A stretch of 60,954 bases of DNA, filler included, from Sphacelaria rigidula (Eukaryota): the NCBI GenBank assembly GCA_964200075.2. It is 7 parts of 7 records of this genome, joined end to end, with 100 filler letters (N's around TTAATTAATTAA, not from the genome) between each part and the next. Parts side by side here need not be neighbours in the genome. Positions count along the whole stretch, not along the records: positions 34,891 to 43,512 come from CAXNAA020010578.1; positions 43,613 to 52,233 come from CAXNAA020010579.1; 5 more parts are not named here. The stretch is one strand, 5' to 3'. A model generated the notes under the pieces. The model saw nothing but the letters and a program-made list of their open reading frames with translations, had not been told where the DNA came from and searched no databases. Below, piece by piece: positions 36,352 through 49,045 of this stretch. Every line of letters begins with the position of its first letter. Position 1 is the first letter of the stretch. A program made the translations under genes and the position numbers.

Positions 36352-38289
36352 ACTGCGATGAGCGGTGGCAAGTGAAGCAAATTTGAAAAAAAAATGGGGA
36401 GCACGAGTTCTGCATACTTTTGATGCTGATTACTACTGTAAATGCACTGAATCTGGACTGGTTGTGCAGCTATCCCTGGAAATAAAATGAACCCAACCCT
36501 TACATGAGACGTCACAAACGTCGTTTTGAAAATATTTTCTACACCATCGTACGCGTCATGAAAACGGTTCTTGGCTTTGGATGAGGCTTCGAATATAGGA
36601 TATACTGCAACAGCCGAGACAAGAGAGGGTCGGCAACAGCCAGCAAGTGACTCCAAGGTCAGATAAGTTGTTCAGGACCCGTCGGTGTCAGTTCTGAAAC
36701 TTCCTTCGACGTTTGCCAGCCCAGATCCGACCCGATCAGGCCACGCGTCACGTCTACTCCACCCAATTCGATGGCATAAATTCGTATCAAGGGTTGTTTT
36801 TTTCAATAACGTCCCATCAATGCCTCCACGTGCCAATGCTGGGTGTAACATGTGGGTAATTTTCTAGTGAGGAGAGGGTTGACACCGCAAGAAGATGGAC
36901 CTTGGATTCAGCGTTTCCACCAAGTTCCCAGTCTGATGCATCTCAATCCAAGTTAGAAGTAAGAAAGCAACACTCTGACCTCGATGGTCACCGAACTGCC
37001 CCTCAATAAACGTATATTTCCGCGGTCTTCAAACCAGTACGCATCATCCTTCACGCCTCCGTTTACCCCCTCTCTCGTCCGTGTTCACACCGTGCCATGT
37101 ACGCATCCATTCTGTATAGGACGAAGGGCGTTCTCGATGTTGAGTTCCACTTCGATTATTCCTTGAAGGGAAACTCATCAAGATGAATGGATGACAAACC
37201 GATGCCAGGGTCGGACGAATAATGATTTGTCCGAACATTACTTGCTTTTAGGGTGGAAGTTGATTCGTATCGTACGAATTCAATCCTTGGGCTTTGACTT
37301 TTGAGTATCGCCCCAGGTGCGTGAAATAGCACAAAAATTACGAAGATAATGTTTTGACCTGGCGGTCAACTTCTTACCCCGGTCAAAGAAATCGTAGGCC
37401 TATTGATTCCAAGCAGCTGTAATTTGTCCGACAGTTAAACTGATGTCATTGTTGATGTGATATGCGCGACATACAACATTTTACGATGGCAGCGATGCAC
37501 CAAGGCAACTTGCGCGGGAAACGCTGCCGCTACCACCGTCGCTCGTCTATTACACTGTACCTGTCATCATATATAGACTAGTACAACGCCGTACTTCATT
37601 TTGCTCAAGTCATCGGGACTCCGAATACATATTTTGCAGCACACCACGCCGTGTAAGATGCAACGAAGCACGTAACTCTAACCACACGAACAAAACGCAG
37701 TTTTAGTTCATGTTTTTACCGAGTCTGATCTATCGGCGTGCCTATGATTCAATCTCCTCAAACATGCGGGTATGCGTTGACTGTGCCCCCCCCAAACCCA
37801 ATACCAACCCCGATGGCAGGGGCGGGGGAGCGGGGGGAGGGGCGGGGGCGTCCAGCTCCCAGTAGGAATGAAAAAATAGAGCGGTAAGGAAGGCAAACAT
37901 AATCTTTCGCGACCCGTTGGAAAAAAGGCACAATTGGACCAATTACATCCAACATCTGGATACATTTTCCGCCTCATCAATGCACGGGAAAGCTGGATGA
38001 AACAAGGAGTTTCCCTGGCACCGTGCCTGCACTACTGCTCCCCGCCAAGGAGACAACTTGCCGTACGATACTGACACGAATACTTCGATCAGCAAAAATT
38101 CAATCCCGACATATTCGATATTTTGCGGCCGCGTTTCAAATCGTGATATATCCAGGGTCGTGAGAACAGCGTGGAGCTCTCGGGCATACGTCCCTGGCCC
38201 TTGCTACGGCCATGAAGTGTCATCATCGCAAAACAAATCACAATTTCCGGAAGTTATCGCGTCATATTTAGCACTTGCTCCAGATACAT

Positions 38290-38398
38290 TTAAAACGACT
38301 GCTCCCTATGTTTGCGTTCGCGAGCGCGCATGATACGATCCTTCTTCCTATTCTCCTCGTTCTTCCGCTTCTTCCTCTCTGCTACGGTCTCGAAGCGC
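38290..38398 (-). CDS. rpsU: bS21-like ribosomal protein, distal terminal exon
   Basis: tttacag| acceptor, phase 2. Encodes RFETVAERKKRKNEENRKKDRIMRARERKHREQSF*, matching the bS21 R(H/Y)FETxxEKRKRK motif. Confidence 0.7.
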
Positions 38399-38889
38399 CT
38401 GTAAAGGTGGAAAATGACATGTAACGAGAACAACGAGAACAAGGGACAAGGAAATACCACTCAGGACACCTGTTGATATTTGTTCGTGCACGAGTAAAAA
38501 GGAAAGCGCACGCTTGCAAGTGGAAACCGACGTGTCTTCTCGAACATATTTTCGACAAATATGTAGCGCACTCCGCACGAAGATTGCCTCGTCAAGAAGT
38601 GTACTGCGCTCAGTGTCGCAGACAGATTTACACCATTTCGTCGATCGTTGGGCTGTCTGTCCACCGCTTCCTCTTTCGCAGTGTTCGAAGAGCAATAGCT
38701 GGGACACTTTGGAATGAAACGGTTATCACACCGCCGAGAGATTCCAAAACCCAGCTCGTAGAACTGTCTTTCGATGACTTTCTTGTTTTCTCAAGCTCAG
38801 CTGACTTGGAAAAAAGTGTGCCAGACATTCGAGAGACATGGGTTACCATACCGACCTAGTTCGTGGAATTTTCTCTCCATGTTCTAATT

Positions 38890-39001
38890 TTAGTACTGGT
38901 CGTATTGAGCTGCCCTCCGTTCACGGTTCCGTTCTAAGCGCTCCCTGCGGCGATTTTCTTCGGTCTTCCTTTTTCTCTTCTCCTGAGTGGTCTCGAACCG
39001 C
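38890..39001 (-). CDS. rpsU: bS21-like ribosomal protein, proximal terminal exon
   Basis: atcag| acceptor, phase 2. Encodes RFETTQEKRKRKTEENRRRERLERNRERRAAQYDQY*. Confidence 0.75.
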
Positions 39002-40753
39002 CTGATCTCGTGAACGCCGAAAAAAAAACACAAATACAACAACGGCAAGAGGTGCCGGCCAAAAAATCACAACAACAAACGAATTCGGCGCGAGTTTCCG
39101 GTCAGTCCACTCCGAAAGCGTGCTACAGTACCGGTACTGTTAGATGCCAGAACCTCCCAAGCCTTAAACCTTCAGACGGCAAGAGTCATTCATCTGTCTA
39201 ATCAGCGTTAATTTCACTTGAAAATAGCATACAGACTGACTATCCTCGCTGTCTGAGGCTGAAACAAAAAAAGGGGACACAGCTCGAAGGGCCGGAGAAT
39301 CAAGAACAAGAAAAATAATAACGATCACAAGAGGTAAAAGCCATCACACACAACCCAGTTTTCTCTATAAAACTTTGCGGCATCCAATTGACCGCTCCCC
39401 AAGACACATTCTTCCTTCTACAGTCACTGCATTCTCCCTTCAGAGTACACTATCTTCCCCAACGTATCAAGCCTCAACTTCGTCTACATTGAATGTACGC
39501 CAGCGCGCAACACTACGCCAGGGTGTGCTACACTCTCTTTTTACAACTTCGACTTTTACTCCCCACCCTTTCGCCGATTCCTCCTCTGGACGAGTCTGAG
39601 GTCTCACCGAATTGATTCATCTCTCCCCCGGTACCTTCCTCGCCCTCGATCATCAGCCATGGAATCAGCCCTCTCGAAACAATCACCTCACATCGAATTC
39701 AAACGTCATCTGTCACCTCGTTGCCTCACATTTTCGAAAGACGGGCATCTGAAAAGAATATTCTGCAGTGCCGAGATTCCAACCTTCGAGATCCACCCCC
39801 AACTAGAGTCGTACCAGTTTGACTATCAACGGGTCGAGAGTCGAATCTCCCCGACTATACGTCCATGCCGAGTAGTCCCACTTTATTTGGTTCGGTAGCA
39901 ATTTCGTGAGTTTTTCTGCAAAACATGGTGCGTGCTGGTGTAGATGGACGCTTAGAGGACACGGGCCGCTGTCATCAGTGTTGACCGAAGTCGTGTGTCA
40001 CCGTTTTTCACGAAGGATTCCTCCTGTGCTGTGCAACGGCCTGAGAAACGGCAACTTGATTGCTCAGTGCTCAGTGATTTTCCAGTGATCCTGTTGTACA
40101 ACTGACCACGGCTTGTTGCTCACTCGCGGGGGGCGATATCGGCCACAGGCGACGTTGGCAACCTCAAGCGGGGTAACAGAGCCACGGCCGCGCGGTCGGA
40201 ATCCTTTACGGGTGCTTCAGGAAAGCATGGAAGTCGCGTGTTACAGTCAACATCAATACATTTTGAAGACGTTTCAAGTCAACCCTGCGTGGGAATCAGG
40301 TACCCTCTCAAAGCGGTGCCAAGTACCTATATCACGCCGTGGTATAATCATGATCAAGGGCAAATGAGTTACCCACCGTATGCAAGCCACTAGCCGATGT
40401 GGCTGTACTCGCATGGGAACCTATATAATAAGTACACGCATTTTACTGCACTCGAGTATAAATCCTCACATGAGTACACATTACTACATGTATAGATATT
40501 CATGGAAAATGCCGATGCATCTATAACATGCGTGCGGTCGTCATCCTTTCAATTCCTTTCCTTCCTTGGGACGGGTGCGTGATCCCAAGCGATCAACCCA
40601 TACCTCCCGCGGCGCACGCCTTGCATTTCGGTTATCGAGGATTGGATCAGCACTACTTCCGCATCGCGTCGACTCTCATCCATCAAACTTCCTCAGCTCC
40701 TCACGTCCCCACGCTTTCAACGGCAGATAGATACTTGTCAAAACTACCAAGTC

Positions 40754-41055
40754 GTGTGTTGTCGTCCCATCTGTTCTGGACGCCAATCTACACCTTTCGG
40801 TAGATGTGGGCGCATCAGCCAGGGTCGGACGAGGGGAAGACCAACACAGGAGTTCCTTCATCTTCTATCTTGTTCTAGTACTCAACCTTCCTTCTGGGGT
40901 GCTTGCTTCATATTTTTTTTCGCGAGAGGAGTTCAGCGGTCCCTTCCCCTCGTCGACCCTTCAGTCGAGTTTCGTGTACCAGTCGCTCTCCACTGTTGGG
41001 TATGCTATCAAAAAAAATCCACGATCGCGTGAATTCACCGAGATTTAAACCCACC
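40754..41055 (-). mobile_element. tRNA-derived SINE copy
   Basis: Reverse-complement match to the SINE family body and tail. Confidence 0.75.
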
Positions 41056-41082
41056 AACTACGTTATGGTATTTACAGTTTTG

Positions 41083-41345
41083 CACATGTCGGACAGATCA
41101 TGAGCTATTAATACCTGGAATAACTCATCAAAGGGAACTCTCAGATCAATTGTACAAGAACATGAGACACGTGACAGCAGTGTCCGAGAAGCCAAAGCGT
41201 TACCTTACCGCTACACGGCGTGCTCGTCGTCCATCGCTGTCGGGAACTAATACGGAACTAGTGGCCAAATCAGCTAGCTCATTATCCGGATCACTTCTCT
41301 AATAACAAGTCATATCCAGGTAGCTCATGAGTTGTCCGACGTGGG
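41083..41345. mobile_element. hAT-like MITE (same family as 20018-20275)
   Basis: TIRs cacatgtcggacagatcatgagcta / tagctcatgagttgtccgacgtggg. TSD CAGTTTTG / CAGTTGTG. Confidence 0.85.
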
Positions 41346-41949
41346 CAGTTGTGTACGCCGAAGGAATCTCATGTTCATTTCGAGGGACAATGTGGTAAAG
41401 CGGGGACGTCGCCACAGGTCAGAGCGGCACGGCCGTCAACCCCAGCTCTCGATACAATCGTTTGTCTTAGCTCACACGGTGGCATATGACACCTCATAAA
41501 AATATCGCCAAGGCAGCGACACATCCGATCACACAATAGGATTCATTGTTCACTTCAATTTTTCAGTTTGGGGACGAAGACAGGCATGCCGGCTCCAACC
41601 CACAATATCGCCGATAAGGGCTGTGGGCACATTCCACTTCACCTGCAAAAAGTCAACTCCCATTTTCTTGAATAAGCCGAGCTCCAAGACCCCGCAACTA
41701 TCCACTCACTGGGAACCCGCAAATCAAAATTACAAAATGCGGTGCCCGTGGCGCCCTTTTCTCCATCAGCGAAAAACAAAAATGTTTATTGCACAAAGGT
41801 ATCACATAATTTTTACTTCCGATAAGGAACAATACGTGGGGGTAAACACACACTCTCCTATGCAGTAGTGCTGGTTCAGTCCGCGACGCCCCCAAATGCT
41901 GTGCCGTACAGCGCGAGAGATGAGTCAGGTCAGTCCCCCCCACCACCAC

Positions 41950-42017
41950 GGATGCTCCGTCTCGAAAGGGATGCGTGGTCAATAACGACCAAGGCAAGCG
42001 ACAAATGAGTACGCCCG
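41950..42017 (+). mobile_element. LINE extreme 3' end
   Basis: gctccgtctcgaaagggatgcgtggtcaa...caaatgagtacgccc. Confidence 0.75.
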
Positions 42018-43512
42018 CAACCACGGACTCATTCCAAGGTAGGGAGGGGCAATCAACAGTGTCTTGGGCAGAAGAAAAAAGGGAAGAGGGTGAAGAAGAG
42101 GAGTAGAGGACCGGGGACCTAATGCGACGAACAACAAATTTTCGAGGTTACACAGTTCGAGGCCCAATACCTTGATATGTACAAGAGCACGAGAAAATCG
42201 AACGATTAATCCATCGCCCGATAACTTCAAGGTGCGCAACTTCTAAGATTCACGATTAAGATGCTCTTTCGCCGTACGGTATTGTAATGACCACGAGCAC
42301 AAATAAAAAACACATCATCCTACGGTGATCAACAGTAGCCGATCAATGTTTCGGTGTCCAACTCACTGGTCTGTTTGGTATCCGTCGATAGAATCTCCTC
42401 CCGTGACCACAAATACCGATCGACTTTCAGGTGTCCCAACATATTAATTTGCTCAACGTGTATGGATAGCATCTTCCAAAGGTTGCGTTCCAACACGGTA
42501 CACAGCTCAAAATTCAAGTCATTTTGTCAGTAACTACCTTTCCGGCACATACCACATTGTTCGGCAGAGACCGCCGAACCGTACCGGAATATTCCGTTCA
42601 CATTTTGGTATGGTTTAGAACTATTTTATTTGTTTGTTTCACTTTGGATCCTTTCCCTTTCCCTCCCTCGGGATGAGTTCGTGCTTTCAAGAGATCAGTT
42701 CATCTCTCTCATGGTACACGCCTTGCCCTTTACTCTCGCGGATTGGGTCAGCACTCCCGCACCGCCGCCGCGTCAACTCACGTCAAACGAACTCAGTCGA
42801 CCACTTCGTTTTCTCACGTTCTCATGCTTTCGACGGTGGAAATCAGACATAACGGAGAAAAAAAACCAACGCGTTGGGAACCGAACCCTCGTTCTCTCTA
42901 CCCTAATGGCGAGAGTCGGATCATGCACCACCGGCGCGCATGGTACGCCGAGCAAAAATTCCTCACCTCAGTACACAACTCGGGATCTTCATTATCCCTA
43001 CCATGACCAACAGTACATTCCACATCTGGAAGCCCAAGACCTTGACCTGTTCAATACTTCAAGGGTGTGTTCTGTACGGTATACCGGCTGAAAATTCGGA
43101 TGTTTACCAAAGTGTAAAGAGGTACTTTCGCGGTAAATACCCTTCGGAAAAAAACTGGAATTGATTGAATGATCATGTATCTCGCATTAGCTGATTGCAA
43201 CAATCCAGCCCGTGGTCAGGAGCAGCGAAAAAAAAGCAGAATGAGAAAGAAGGAAAGGAACAGAAAAAGACAGAAGCAATAGCCACAGAAAGAATAGAAG
43301 AGAGGAAGCAGCGACAACAACAACAGCAATCCCAACAACACAGACACAGACACAGACACACACAAGACAACACCAACAAAGTCATCATCTCGCATTACGT
43401 AGCTGATTTCAACAATCCAGCTCGTGATCGGGAACACAAGTAAAAATGGGAAAACATCAAAGAATAAAACGTGGAGAAAGGAAGACAGAGCCAGGCTCGT
43501 TTCGGGGGGGGG

Positions 43513-43612
43513 NNNNNNNNNNNNNNNNNNNNNNNNNNNNNNNNNNNNNNNNNNNNTTAATTAATTAANNNNNNNNNNNNNNNNNNNNNNNNNNNNNNNN
43601 NNNNNNNNNNNN
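43513..43612. other. Artificial contig-joining spacer
   Basis: N44-TTAATTAATTAA-N44. Confidence 0.98.
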
Positions 43613-46560
43613 TACGTCACAGAGCGTACTGTTCCGCTGCAGCTGACTTTGATGACTTCCTGGGGGCCGGCGCAGTTGCCTCCGATCTCGTTTGCGATCA
43701 TGCCGGGATCGGATGGCTTTGTGTTTCTGGGGCTGCCGACGCTACAGGATCTAGGAGTCGACCCGTATGAGCGGCTGAAGGACTCCATGAAGACGCGGAT
43801 GTCTCCGCCTGGTCCGCACGGGAGACGCCCGCCTTTTTGGGTAGTCATCGCGTGAGCTTGTCTGTGAATGCTTCTCGAGATGATGGAGAACAGGTAACCG
43901 AGGAGCGGGATGCGGCGATGGAACGCTTGGTAGAGCGCGGCCCGGAGATATTTACTGATCCGGCGGAAGAGGAGTCCGCTTGGAAGGTCGCGCTCGAGAA
44001 GAGCGTGACAAATGCTGGGGCGAAAGGTCTCAGCGTCTCAAAAGCGGAGCGCCTGCGCGGCATATTGCATTGCCGCGTCAACGCATTTCGCCGTGCGCTG
44101 CGGGGTGATCCCCCTGCGCGCGTGGAGCCCATGCGTGTTCAGCTAAAACCTAGGGCCTCCGCGGCGAATACAAAGCCGCGGCGGTACGATCCAATGAAGT
44201 CGAGTGGGTTGGCGTTGTGCATGGCGGCTCTTTTGGCGCTCGAGTTGGTGCTACGGAATTTGCAGGCGGGGTGGTCCAGTCCAGAGATGGCGTTTCCGAA
44301 GAAGGCCGCATCGTGCATAGAGAGCAGGCTGCAGGCGTGGGCGGCAGCTCAGGATCTGGTGGCTCTTGCCGTGACGCCTTTTCATCCTCGTCCTGATTGT
44401 CAGGTATTAACAGGGAGTTCTATAAAATGAGGTCGATCAATAAAATGAGGTTTGATAAGCTAGCCAGTATGCGACAAAAACCCGAGGGAAGTACTGTCCG
44501 CAAGTGCCTTCGATCGATACTGGGGGGGAGGGGCGTACTCATTTGTTGTTTGCCTTAGTCGTTTGACTATTGATCTTTCGAGGCGGGGCTTGGTCAACGG
44601 TCAAACGACTAAGGTAAGCAACAAATGAGTACGCCCCCCCCCCCCGGTATCGATCGAAGGCACTTGCGGACGGTACTTCCCTCGCGTTTTTGTCGCATAC
44701 CGGCTAGCTCCTCAAACCTCATTTCATTGATCAACCTCATTTTATAGAATCCCCTGTTTGTTCATGTTTCCGTATGCATCTTAGTGCCATTGAGGTAGTT
44801 TGGTCATGCAGGTGCCTACAGTTGAAATTCAGATGCCTGTGCGCGCTGTGGCTGTGTATGGTCCATGTAAACCTGATGACTCGATGCCGTCCGAATCTGT
44901 TGTCCGTCAAGCGCAACGACAAAATCTTGAGACCGAAGATGCGCATGTGCAACCTTTCGAGTCGGACGTCGGTACTGCTATCTCGGGCAACGAAGGTCTG
45001 TTTCGTGTGCATGTGCGTGGCCTAAACGTTCTGTGGATTCCAAGTTCTGACAAGTAGTTTCAGGTACGTCTGATGGTTTGTGCGCACATGCGCGACGCCG
45101 GGCATCGTGGTGTGGCTGCGACGCTCGTGCGCTTGCAAGAGTTTTGTGTCTAGCAGGGGATGGAAATTCATGTGCGCGAATTTGCCCGCCAGTGTCTTCA
45201 CTGTGCTGACACGGGGGCGGGAGATATTGTTCTCCGCCCGCTTGGACGATCCATGGGACCACGCGGAATGAAGCCATTCATTTTGACTTCCAGTAAGTGG
45301 GCGGGAGTGGTCCGCTAACTTCCCAAGGTTTGTCGGAGGATACTGAGTTTCGATACATTTTGGTAATCATGGATGATTTGAGCAACTTCGTGGCTCTGGG
45401 AACGGTAGCAGTGTGTACTGCTGAATCGACCGTTGCATCTTTGCTGAATTGGTGCAAAACTTTGGGGGTGCCGCGTGCGTGGGTGAGTAGTACCGCCACA
45501 CGTTTCAAGAATGCAATCTTGGCACGTTGATCACCAGTTTGCGGTAGCGTATTCTTCGTGGTCTAACGGTACTTGCGAACGCATGGTTAAGGAAGTCGTT
45601 CGTGCTCTTCGCTTCATTCTTCTCGAGCAGCGTAGAGCGGTTTCCGAGTGGGTGGATGTGTTGCCGGCGGTGCAGCGGGCGCTTAATACAACGTATCGTC
45701 GGCGTTACGGTAGTACGCTGTACCACGGGATGTTTGGTCGTGCTCCTCGGACGTCTTTCTCGGTGCTGGCATTTTTGTCGGCGGGGGAATGGGGGTGTGA
45801 TGTTTCGTTACGATGTTCAAATTGAGAGTGCATTGCAAGGAGTCTTAGACTTGCAAGAATGCTTCCACGTTCAAGTGAAGGCACGTGTTGTCGCTGAACG
45901 TGCGCGTAGATGTGAGGGATCCTCGTCGGGGCTGAAATTGCCGAAATTCGAGGTAGGCGATTATTTTTTGTATGCACGCGTGCGTCGCCCGGGAGTTACG
46001 CCCAAGTTGATGGCGACGTGGACTGGTCCGTGGAGAGTGGTTGGTGCTAATAACCCACATGTGTTTGAGATCCAAAATATTGTTTCGGGTCGTGTTCAGA
46101 CCGCCCATGTAGCTCGTCTGCGTTTTTATGCAGACTCACATCTTGTGTAACGGCCGTATGTAACGGCCGACGTGAAGGGTGTGTTTCATCACGCTTCCAG
46201 CCAGGAGCGATTTCAGATGGCTGAGGTTGTCCGCGTGGCAGAGGCAGAGGATCGTTCGTTGATCGTATTGGTCGACTGGGTAGGTTTTAAGGTCGAGGAG
46301 CGTACGTGGAAGCCTTTTAAAAATATTTTTGAGGCCTCTCCCGAATTTCTCAAAGAGGAGTTGCGTAAGGTGCGAGTGACTCGTTCCATCGTTGCCCGCA
46401 ATACGCGTGAGTTTGGGATTCAGTTATGACTTGCTCAATCGTTTTGGCGTTATTTTTCTGAGTGTCAAGCTTGCTGCTCGATTCTCGTCCAACGCGTTTT
46501 GGGGGTGCTGTGATGAAATCACGCCGTCACGTTGAGTATATAGTGATGATTGGATGATGA
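43613..46560 (+). mobile_element. Decayed Ty3/Gypsy (chromovirus-type) LTR retrotransposon, most of RT and RNase H missing
   Basis: Protease C-terminus (FVFLGLPTLQDLG), RT N-terminus (PPARVEPMRVQLK...WSSP), integrase HHCC (AHMRDAGHRG...CLHC), core (YILVIMDDLS...SNGTCERM), GPW motif (WTGPWRV) and chromodomain (LVDWVGF..EERTW.P). A PPT-like ttttggggg precedes TG at 46509. Contains stops and frameshifts. Confidence 0.92.
44409..44758. repeat. 350-bp inverted repeat built from a LINE 3' end plus flank
   Basis: ~165-bp arms (44409-44573 / 44594-44758) with a 20-nt loop. Confidence 0.92.
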
Positions 46561-46816
46561 CTTGGGATCTGTAGTGATGATATGGATTATGACATGGACA
46601 CAGGGGTGCTACCATGATGTGGTTTATTGAGCCACCTGGATGGCACTCCTGACTCATGGAATGTTGTAAAGGCTGACAACTGAAACTGAGGCCAGTAAGA
46701 CTGGGGAGTCCCTCAACAGCAGTGATCCAACAGTGCTTCCACTGACTGCGTCACAAGTTGGAGCTGGTATGAATGGAGAAGATGTGCAAAAAACAGTTTT
46801 GACGAAAGGATATATA

Positions 46817-47200
46817 TCACTGCATCCAAGTATTTTCTGAGCTGTTGCAATCTGTACTGTTTCCATCTTCACTATTTTTATTGCATCCAAGTATTCTCTG
46901 AGCTGCGGCCAGCTGCACTGTTCCCAGTTTCTTCATCAACTTCACCCCTTGCTTTGCCATGTGTAATGCTTGTACCAGGTCATCAAAGAATACCTCAAAT
47001 AGAGAAGGTGATAACGTACATCCTGGTGCGACTCCTTGCAAAATATAAAAATATTTCGATATTTCCCTGTCTACCATCATCGCACTTTTGGCGGATTGCT
47101 GTCGTTTTCATCGTCCACACCTTTCCTTTGATCGCAGTTCCTCATATGGTTTCCCACAACCCATTGCTCCATACTGCGTCGTAAGCCTTTTGCACCTATA
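46817..47200 (-). mobile_element. LINE reverse-transcriptase remnant
   Basis: VQKAYDAVWSNGLW... and ILQGVAPGCTLSPSLF motifs, then a jump to TVQLAAAQRILGC, which is locally duplicated. Confidence 0.85.
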
Positions 47201-49045
47201 TCACCCCACAGTTTTTTCGACCCCGCCATCGCACTCGAAGCACCCCGCTTCCCCACATAGTGATGTCTTGAAGCTTTTGCCCATAGATGGTACCCCCTGA
47301 AAAGGCTACAGCAGTGCCGAGCTGGAGCACCACGTGTATGGTTATGGAAATTTCTTTCGGCGAGTGCGATACGAAGATGGAGATTGGAAAGAGATATCTC
47401 GCCCGGAACTCGAGCGCCCCAAGCTGGAACGGAGGAACCAAAGATAGACTGGAGCCATCGACGTTTACGAATAGCTGTTGTGTGATGTGATATATGATAT
47501 CATTGCGAGAGGAATGCGATGATGAAATAAGGAAATATGTAACTATATATCGCTGCTACCGCACGCTTTAGTCATGAATTCCGAGTGTTCTTGTCTTTTT
47601 CTTCTGTCGCTTTGTTATTGATTGCTCCCCATTTGGTAACATGCGGGCACATGTGTGGGCCACGGCGCGTGGGCTCTAGTTCCAGTAGAATAGGCGCCAG
47701 TAGTTACAGAAGAGCCCCCGTCAAAAGCTGCACTCCTGTAACTATTGATCAGTTCGTGGAAAGGTTGTTTTTAGCGAGGTTCAAGCCCCGCACTACCCCA
47801 GAATCCAGTGTAACTGATCCGGGGTATCGACTCGCGATCACGCTAACTAGCCGATCGTTCTCCAGTCTAACTGAGATCCCGGGAAAACGACAGCGACTGT
47901 ACCAGTCTGCTGTTTCTGTCGTTGGAAAGGGCGTTATAGATTTTTTCCTTTCCTATTGGATGGAGTTTCCCCCTGCTCATCAGGGTTCACCTATTCATGA
48001 GAACTGCAACGAGGTTTCCCCTGTACTGTAATTCAGCAGGTTTTTCTCGTTGTACTTTCAGGCGTATGATGCGCAGGCTTTGTTTTTGTTCTGGCCCTTC
48101 CAGCCCTCCAATAGATTTTTGTTTAGCCATTTAAATATGGCTAGGGGGATGTTACAGGTTTATTGGTCATTTTTCAGTCGTCTAGGTGTCATGTGTCATA
48201 CTTTGTCATGCTTGGTACCTGATGGGTCATACTACATTGTGTGATTGGATTGAGCAGCCTGCCTCCCCGTGTTACAGCGTTTTTGGACTATGCATCTCCA
48301 CTAGCAAAGCACAAGTTAGCCTGTACGCCAATAATACAAGAGCATCTGCGCCAGCACGGACTGCGATCTCAGAGGATTTTCTAGTCTTCACTTAAGGTAA
48401 GCCTAACCTTCATGCAACACATGTTGTCTTGCAGCCTGCGCGGCTCACGATATACCACCTGATCACTGGTGCCTTGGCTGACTCTACACTTGGGAACGTC
48501 GAGCTCAAATGGATTCGATACTAATGATTGTGTTTGAGGCCCGCTAGCCTGGCGCGCACTGAACTGACACCATTCCCACCTAGGCGGTAAGTATCGAACT
48601 ATGACATCAACTCTTGAAGCCTTGCAAGCCCAGGCCACGACATCTGTGAGAACGTGAGCGTAACTCGATATTTCAGTGCCCATCCCCTCCTGTGCGTTCA
48701 GTTTCGTACGGGATATATTTCCGCATTTCCCATGCCCCTCTTCTATTTATCTGCAGATATGGATCGGCGAGGGATGAAGCACACCGCAGCAAAGGACGTC
48801 CTTACTCACGAAGCATGCCAACACGCTTATTGGCAAACAATTTCTACTTATCGGCGTCGACAACGTCACACCTGCCGTGCGCCAGGCGGCCCGTTCGATA
48901 GCAAAGTAAATTGAGGTCTCAGGCTGGCAAGCTATTGGCAAGGCAGCAGCCACGGGCACGACTGGAATCATTGCCGTGTGCCAGCTGTCTTGTTTTTGAG
49001 CCCCCTTAACTTTGAATACTAGGACACCGCTGTCAAAGCGAACGA

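Noticed and set aside
36380-37420. Possible transposase remnant
   Set aside because: No DDE or other motif could be recognised in the frames inspected.
47580-48340. Second LINE-like coding remnant
   Set aside because: Only compositional hints, with no diagnostic motif.
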